This document shows, one piece after another, positions 58,381-64,000 of a DNA stretch of 64,000 nucleotides (position 1 is its first letter; every line of letters starts with the position of its first letter). Source of the DNA: Eubacteriales bacterium (lineage in GTDB: Bacteria > Bacillota > Clostridia > Oscillospirales > CAG-272); contig JAZKXO010000106.1 in the NCBI GenBank assembly GCA_045611685.1, positions 13,833-77,832 on the forward strand. Direction: 5' to 3'. The notes under the pieces are model-generated. The model made no database searches. It was not told where the DNA came from and worked only from the letters and a program-made list of their open reading frames with translations. The position numbers were made by a program, and so were the translations under genes.

Positions 58381-59343
58381 TTAGCGTTCCCCCATTCTGA
58401 CTCGCGGATCCAAAAAACCGTAGCTCAGGTCAATGAGGATGGTTCCGGCAAGTCCGATTATAGTATAAAATGCAGTAGTAGCAATGAAAACGTCATAGTC
58501 AAGAAGATTGATGGAAGCGAGTATGAGTCCGCCGATTCCATTGACGGCAAAAATCTTTTCAATAATGAGAGAGCCGCCGAGAATGCTGATAAACATAGAG
58601 AGAATGGACGGAAGAATCGGCACCATAGCGTTTTTCAGTGCATGGCGTACCGTCGCCTGGGCGCGAGTAAGACCCTTTGTGCGTGCAAGGAGCATGTAAT
58701 CACTCGTAAGTGATTCCGTAAGCTCTGCACGTGTGAAACGTGCAAGACCTGCGATCGTGCTGAAAGAAAGGGAAAGAACAGGCAGCACCATAGAGAGCAG
58801 CATTTTCCCCGACAACCAACTGCCTCCGGCATCATAGAGCGAAGACATAATGACAGGGAACCAACCGAGCTTGAAACCAAGGAGATACTGTACCAGGAAT
58901 GCGTACACGTAACTGGGCACAGATACAAAAATCATGATGAGCGTTGAGAGAAGATGGTCCTGCCATTTATTCTTTTTGACCGCGGCAAAAATACCGATAG
59001 CGATACCGATCGGCACAGAAAAGAGAATCGAGCCGACGTTTATAATGATAGTCGGAGGGAGACGGGAAGCGATAACGTCGCCAACATCACCCATATAGTC
59101 GATTTTCCATGAGGAACCCCAATCCCATTTGGTAACGACATTTTTTACGTAAATACCAAGCTGTACCAAAATGGGCTTGTTGTATCCGAGCGCTTCGCGG
59201 CGGGCCGCTTCAATTTTAGCCGCTTCACCAAGTCCTACCTCAGGCTGTAAGAGGCGGATCAAAATGAAACAGATTGTCATAATGACCGCAAAGGTCAAGA
59301 TGAGTGCACCGAGTCGTTTTAATACATATGTGAAAGTAGACAT
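58381..59343 (-). CDS. oppB: Oligopeptide ABC permease OppB
   Basis: YVLKRL, LGYNKP, DYMLLARTKGL, RHALKNA, IEKIFAVNGIG, DLSYGFLDPRVR. Confidence 0.93.
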   Translation of the reverse strand: MSTFTYVLKRLGALILTFAVIMTICFILIRLLQPEVGLGEAAKIEAARREALGYNKPILVQLGIYVKNVVTKWDWGSSWKIDYMGDVGDVIASRLPPTIIINVGSILFSVPIGIAIGIFAAVKKNKWQDHLLSTLIMIFVSVPSYVYAFLVQYLLGFKLGWFPVIMSSLYDAGGSWLSGKMLLSMVLPVLSLSFSTIAGLARFTRAELTESLTSDYMLLARTKGLTRAQATVRHALKNAMVPILPSILSMFISILGGSLIIEKIFAVNGIGGLILASINLLDYDVFIATTAFYTIIGLAGTILIDLSYGFLDPRVRMGER

Positions 59344-59565
59344 GTATAAAATCCCCAATCTGATTTGTCTTGCGAGAACCGATTTCACGTAGGCAACATC
59401 CGTCACATCCGAATGCAAGCGCTTTTTACGGACTAAAATCCCCGTTTTTCGTGGCTTGCATACAGGTATCGCGGATGTTGATATAGCAAAATTTTCGGGG
59501 CATCGTAAAGACACCCCGAAATTTGCTAAATCGGTGTAGTGTTGCTATTTAGTTGTTCTTTTGGA

Positions 59566-62010
59566 TTATTCGTAGCTCAGAGTGCCGCCCTGCTCAGCAA
59601 CGTATGCTTCCCAAGCTGCATCATCGTAGTTGTAGGTCATAAGACGGATTCCGCCGTAGCCGTACATGATGTTGTAGTTGAGGGTAGCGTACTGGATCTG
59701 CTGAGAGTAGAGAGCAACTGCGGTCTCAGCTGCGAAGGGGATGCACTGGTAAGAACCGAGAACTGCATTCTCAAGAGCAGCAAAGATGGAGAGCTGAACG
59801 TCAGCGTCAAGGATAGCAGCCTCAATGGTGTTGCCCTCTGCGTCCTGGATACCGCCGTTGATAAGCTTAGCCCAATCCTGGAGAGTATGGGTAACGGTTT
59901 CAGCGGTGCCGTCGCCGTTTACATCAACTGTCAACTCAAGTGTTTCCTTGGAGGGATCCCAACCGCAGGACTCATGGATAGCATCGATGCCGCCCATGTA
60001 ATCCGGCTCAGTGTAGCAACGGATGGTGGAGATCGGGTAGAAGGCTGCGCCGCCCCATGCACCGCGGATCATTTCAATCTTACCCTGCGCAACGTCGAGG
60101 TAACGGTTGGCGGCACCGCAGTTGAATACAACGGAAACCTTGCCTTCAAAGCCGGTGCCAACGGTAGCAGCGGTGAGGAACTCGTTAAGGAGCTGCTCCT
60201 GCTTGAGGTCGTCAGCGGTGAGTTCGGTAGCAGCGGAAGCCATGCAGTTGATGACAACCTTCTGGCCGTCGGTGTAGTTACCGTCAGCCTTAGCCTGCTC
60301 GTATACAGCCTGGAAGAGCTTCTTAGCTTCTTCGAGGTCGTAACCGGTTACAGCGTTGTAAGCGGCGTCGATGTCTGCATACTGTTTACCTTCGCCGTAT
60401 TCGATGCCGTACAGATCGAGAACTGCTTTCTTAGCAACATCGGTGTTACGGTAGATGGAGTCAGGGTTGTTAGCAACGTCGTAGTAGTAGAGGCTGTTGA
60501 AGAGATAGTAAGCCGGTTTGTAAGCGGGCGTAGCCTGCTGTGCAAACGTGGTTCTGTCCATAGAAAGGGAGATTGCCTTACGGAAATCGTCGTAAGAGAG
60601 AACCTTCTTGTTCACATCTGCGCTCGGCTCAAGAGCAGCGAGCTTGTTGATGTCGGTAGCGAAGACGTAACGGAAGGTGTAAGTCTGATCGGTCTTGAGG
60701 AGGTAATCAGACATTCTGTAAGTGTTCATATCGTCACTGGTGAGATCTACGCCGTCCAGCTTACCCTGGTTGAAGAGCTGGAGAGCAGTGTTGTGATCAG
60801 CGATGATGTCGCACTTGATAGCAGTGGTCATATACTGACCTTCGTGCTTACCGTCGGTATAGCCGTACCACTCAGGGTTTCTCTCGAGAACGAACTGCTT
60901 GTCGGTTTCGAAAGCGGAGAGTTTGTACGGACCGTAGGACATGTAAGTGTCAACGGAAGTACCGTAGTTGGTAGTAACGAGTTCACCGGTGGTGTCCTTG
61001 CCTGCTTCGTAGAGGCCTTCATGAACGATCCAGTTGGAGGTCATGTTGGTCAAGAAGTAGAACATCTGAACCTGCTGAGCGGTGATGTAGGTCAGCTCGT
61101 ACTCGCCGGACTTGAAGATACCTACGTTCTCGAAGTTATAAGGTTCGGAGAAGGTGCCGGTGTTGTAGAAGAGCATCTCTTTGAAGTAGTTCTCTTCGTA
61201 CGCAAGGCCGAAGGCAGCCAGGAAGTTGGTTGCAACAGTCTTAGCGGCTTCCTTCGTGGTGTCGTTGATTTCAACGTAACCGAAGGAGTTCTGGTTGTCA
61301 GCGAGAATGCCGTATGCAGCGGTATCGATGTAACCCATATCCATGAGATCGTATACGGAATAAGAACCGGTGAGGGTCATACCGTAAGAGGTGAGGTGCA
61401 TGTATACGGTGTTGTTCTCGATGTCATAGGAGTAATCGGGGGTATCATTCTCGCCGTAAGCGGGAACAACTGCTGCGTAGATCGGGGTTTCGGAGCTGAA
61501 GTACTTATTAGCATTCAGAATGGCAGTAGAACCGCTGTAATAGGTGTTAGCGCGGTAGTTCTGCATTTTGGGATCAAGCAGAGCCTTGATCGAATACATG
61601 TAAGTGTCAGCGTTGATTACGTCGCCGTTTGCCCATTTTGCGTCGGGATTAAGGGTGATCTTGTAGACGCGTCCTTCGTCCTCGGTGATGCCCCATTTTT
61701 CCTTATCGGCAAAGTCTTTGGTGATGTCGTCGATGGCAGTAGCCATTTCGTAAACCCACTGGTAGTTTACGCCGTCTTCTGCGATAGAAACATCAACGAG
61801 ACCCATTTCGGCATAGCCGGCAATGTAGTTGTCTGCGTTGGTCTCCCAGGTGTGGGGATTCCAGTTCAGCGGACTGGCGCCCAAGAAGTCGTTAAGCGTA
61901 TAGGACTTTTCGTCGTCGCCAGTGGGACCGCAGCTTGCAAGGCTTGCAAGGCTGGTGCAGAGCATCAGTGTTGCAAGTGCGAGTGCAAGAAGTTTGGTCT
62001 TAGTGCGCAT
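59566..62010 (-). CDS. oppA: Oligopeptide ABC substrate-binding lipoprotein OppA (large, 814 aa)
   Basis: Lipobox LASC, family-5 SBP motifs (AKWANGDVINADTY, SYGPYKL, LERNPEW, FRKAISLSMDR); first gene of the operon. Confidence 0.88.
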   Translation of the reverse strand: MRTKTKLLALALATLMLCTSLASLASCGPTGDDEKSYTLNDFLGASPLNWNPHTWETNADNYIAGYAEMGLVDVSIAEDGVNYQWVYEMATAIDDITKDFADKEKWGITEDEGRVYKITLNPDAKWANGDVINADTYMYSIKALLDPKMQNYRANTYYSGSTAILNANKYFSSETPIYAAVVPAYGENDTPDYSYDIENNTVYMHLTSYGMTLTGSYSVYDLMDMGYIDTAAYGILADNQNSFGYVEINDTTKEAAKTVATNFLAAFGLAYEENYFKEMLFYNTGTFSEPYNFENVGIFKSGEYELTYITAQQVQMFYFLTNMTSNWIVHEGLYEAGKDTTGELVTTNYGTSVDTYMSYGPYKLSAFETDKQFVLERNPEWYGYTDGKHEGQYMTTAIKCDIIADHNTALQLFNQGKLDGVDLTSDDMNTYRMSDYLLKTDQTYTFRYVFATDINKLAALEPSADVNKKVLSYDDFRKAISLSMDRTTFAQQATPAYKPAYYLFNSLYYYDVANNPDSIYRNTDVAKKAVLDLYGIEYGEGKQYADIDAAYNAVTGYDLEEAKKLFQAVYEQAKADGNYTDGQKVVINCMASAATELTADDLKQEQLLNEFLTAATVGTGFEGKVSVVFNCGAANRYLDVAQGKIEMIRGAWGGAAFYPISTIRCYTEPDYMGGIDAIHESCGWDPSKETLELTVDVNGDGTAETVTHTLQDWAKLINGGIQDAEGNTIEAAILDADVQLSIFAALENAVLGSYQCIPFAAETAVALYSQQIQYATLNYNIMYGYGGIRLMTYNYDDAAWEAYVAEQGGTLSYE

Positions 62011-62068
62011 GTGAGGTCCTCCTAAAAAATTAATGTATTATGCGGAATTATCATTCCACACTGCAAAT

Positions 62069-62097
62069 ATTTTATCACAAAAACCTCTGAAGGTCAA
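62069..62097 (-). promoter_or_regulatory. Sigma-A promoter of the opp operon
   Basis: Minus strand TTGACC-17 bp-TAAAAT with extended TG. Confidence 0.65.
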
Positions 62098-62191
62098 GTT
62101 ATACTTTACTTTTTTGCAAAATAAATATGAATATTTTCCACAAATGGGAGAAAAATGGACACAATTTGTCAAAAATATTTATTCCATTTTA

Positions 62192-62869
62192 TTAGTCGTT
62201 TGTAAGGTTTCCGTTTCCGCTTACAGGAATTGCATCGCCCAGATAGGTCGGTTCGGGCATAAAGATGCATTTGGCGAAATCCTTCGTGCGTGCTGCAAAT
62301 TCTCGCAGATTGCGCATCCCCTGTCCTCTGTACGTTCTGAGATCAGCCGAAACGCCGACGGCTTCGAGGCCCAGCCGATCAGCTATATAAAGGGCTCGCG
62401 GAAGATGATACTCCTGCGTAACGATAATCACTCGCTTTGCCTTGAATACATCGCGAGCACGGTACAGACTTTCGTAGGTAGAGAATCCCGCGTGATCCAT
62501 AAATACGTTTTCGGAAGGTACGCCGCGTTCTGTCGCGAAGTCTTTCATTACGCCTACTTCGTTGTACTCTTGGCGCCCGTGATCGCCGGTCATGAGAATT
62601 TTATCCGGTGCGCCTAACTCATAAAGCTGCAGTCCTGTTTTCAGGCGATCCTCCAGCATATGACTCGGTGAACCGTCATCGCGCACGCCGGCACCGAGGA
62701 TGAGAATGCAGTCGGCATCAAAACTTGCCGCCTTGTCGGCGGATAGAATCTTATCTTTTGCTGCCGAAACCAAACAAATATTGATAATAAGAAGTGCAGA
62801 TACGGCGAGCAGTCCCAAAACCAGAACGAATAGAAGGAGCCTGCGCCACCGTTTTCTTTTTGCAACCAT
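62192..62869 (-). CDS. SanA/YdcF/ElyC-family (DUF218) membrane protein
   Basis: N-terminal TM helix, ILILGAG, LEDRL, DHAGFSTYES, VTQEYHLPRA, REFAAR. Confidence 0.9.
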   Translation of the reverse strand: MVAKRKRWRRLLLFVLVLGLLAVSALLIINICLVSAAKDKILSADKAASFDADCILILGAGVRDDGSPSHMLEDRLKTGLQLYELGAPDKILMTGDHGRQEYNEVGVMKDFATERGVPSENVFMDHAGFSTYESLYRARDVFKAKRVIIVTQEYHLPRALYIADRLGLEAVGVSADLRTYRGQGMRNLREFAARTKDFAKCIFMPEPTYLGDAIPVSGNGNLTND

Positions 62870-62890
62870 GTCTACCTCCTTTTATATGCA

Positions 62891-62920
62891 AAAACCGGCA
62901 GCGAATCCGCCGCCGGTTTT
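62891..62920 (-). terminator. Terminator hairpin after serA
   Basis: AAAACCGGCAGCG-aatc-CGCCGCCGGTTTT. Confidence 0.65.
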
Positions 62921-62933
62921 AGGTGATATGTAA

Positions 62934-64000
62934 TCAAGCAATTTTGATAACGCGGATGATGCCTTCCATGGAAGAGATGCTTGCAAGCATGGCGTCCGTG
63001 ATATCGGAATTGGTCTCTGCGATCGTGCAGGCGAAATCGCCCTTGGATGAGTTGACAAGATTCTCAATGTTGATGTTCTGTTCAGCGAGAGAGCCTGTGA
63101 TATGAGAAATCATGTTCGGAATATTCTTATGAAGGATCACGACGCGGTGGTCAGCCGTGCGCTCCAGACGAACGTTTGGATAGTTTACGCTGTTTTTGAT
63201 ATTGCCGTTTTCAAGAAAATCAATGATTTCGTTAGCGGCCATTACTGCGCAGTTGTCTTCGCTTTCTTCCGTGGAAGCACCGAGATGCGGGATGGCTACG
63301 ATGCCCTTAACATTAATGCTTTCTTCGGTGGGGAAGTCGGTAACGTAGGATGCGACCTTGCCCGAAGCCAAAGCTTCCTTCAGATCGGCGATGTTTACAA
63401 GATCAGCACGGGAGAGATTGAGGATGCGCACGCCGTCCTTCATCTTTGCGATCGTGTCTTTGTTGATCATGTTCTTCGTCTGCGGGGTAGCCGGAACGTG
63501 CAGGGTGATGTAGTCGCATTGCTCGAAGACTTCGTCATAGGATGCAGCCTTCTGGATAGCGCGGGAGAGATGCCACGCACCGTCGATCGTGATGTACGGA
63601 TCACATCCGACAACGTTCATGCCGAGGGATTTGGCGGCGTTTGCTACCATACCGCCGATCGCGCCGAGACCGATTACGCCAAGCGTCTTGCCGGCGATCT
63701 CGCATCCTGCATAGGCGGACTTGCCTTTTTCAACGGATTTTGCAACGTCAGTGGTAAGGGTAGAAGCCCACTGAATACCGCCAACGATGTCGCGGGATGC
63801 GAGCATCAATGCGGCGATTGCAAGCTCTTTTACGCCGTTGGCGTTTGCACCCGGTGTGTTGAAAACAACGATACCCTGGTTGGCGCAAGCCTCAACGGGG
63901 ATATTGTTAACGCCGGCACCCGCACGGCCGATTGCTTTCAGCTCGGGACCGAACGTCATATCATGCATAGCGGCGGAACGGACCAGGATAGCATCCGGTG
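62934..64000 (-). CDS. serA: D-3-phosphoglycerate dehydrogenase with ACT domain (5' truncated by window edge)
   Basis: ILVRSAAMHDM, RAGAGVNNI, GVIGLGAIG, PHLGASTEE, HKNIPNMI; frame open to the window end. Confidence 0.92.
   Translation of the reverse strand, partial: PDAILVRSAAMHDMTFGPELKAIGRAGAGVNNIPVEACANQGIVVFNTPGANANGVKELAIAALMLASRDIVGGIQWASTLTTDVAKSVEKGKSAYAGCEIAGKTLGVIGLGAIGGMVANAAKSLGMNVVGCDPYITIDGAWHLSRAIQKAASYDEVFEQCDYITLHVPATPQTKNMINKDTIAKMKDGVRILNLSRADLVNIADLKEALASGKVASYVTDFPTEESINVKGIVAIPHLGASTEESEDNCAVMAANEIIDFLENGNIKNSVNYPNVRLERTADHRVVILHKNIPNMISHITGSLAEQNINIENLVNSSKGDFACTIAETNSDITDAMLASISSMEGIIRVIKIA

Noticed and set aside
59539-62025. 828-codon antisense ORF opposite oppA
   Set aside because: It mirrors oppA almost exactly, has no recognisable motifs or RBS, and is the expected shadow of strong codon bias.

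Overview
A 64-kb, roughly 50% GC chromosomal segment from a Clostridia-class Bacillota bacterium. It probably forms spores (sigG, spoIVB, yabP, yabQ, spoVB/yabM-like) and carries an S-layer. Most of it is conserved core genes: smc-ftsY-rdgB-yhbY-nadD-yqeK-LCP-rsfS-leuS, rpsU, gltX-glnS-tRNA-Lys, cdaA-cdaR, recJ-rel-dtd-hemZ, mazG-hup-yabO-yabP-yabQ-divIC, trxB and serA. Accessory blocks include a NahK-like kinase with a ROK regulator, a BlaI-like repressor with a CoiA-like nuclease-fold gene, a large surface metallophosphoesterase, a sialic-acid catabolism operon with a divergent AraC regulator, an SLH protein, and an Opp transporter with unusually large insertions. The most striking structure is at spoIVB. 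The last 41 codons of the gene, starting at the catalytic GMSGS motif, are present twice as a 123-bp direct repeat with 10 mismatches (29307-29429 and 30760-30882). The two copies bracket a single AT-richer XRE-regulator gene, and no integrase is nearby. This looks like a gene cassette captured at the spoIVB 3' end. No CRISPR array, rRNA, transposase or prophage gene was seen. All family assignments come from motif recognition by eye; no database searches were run.
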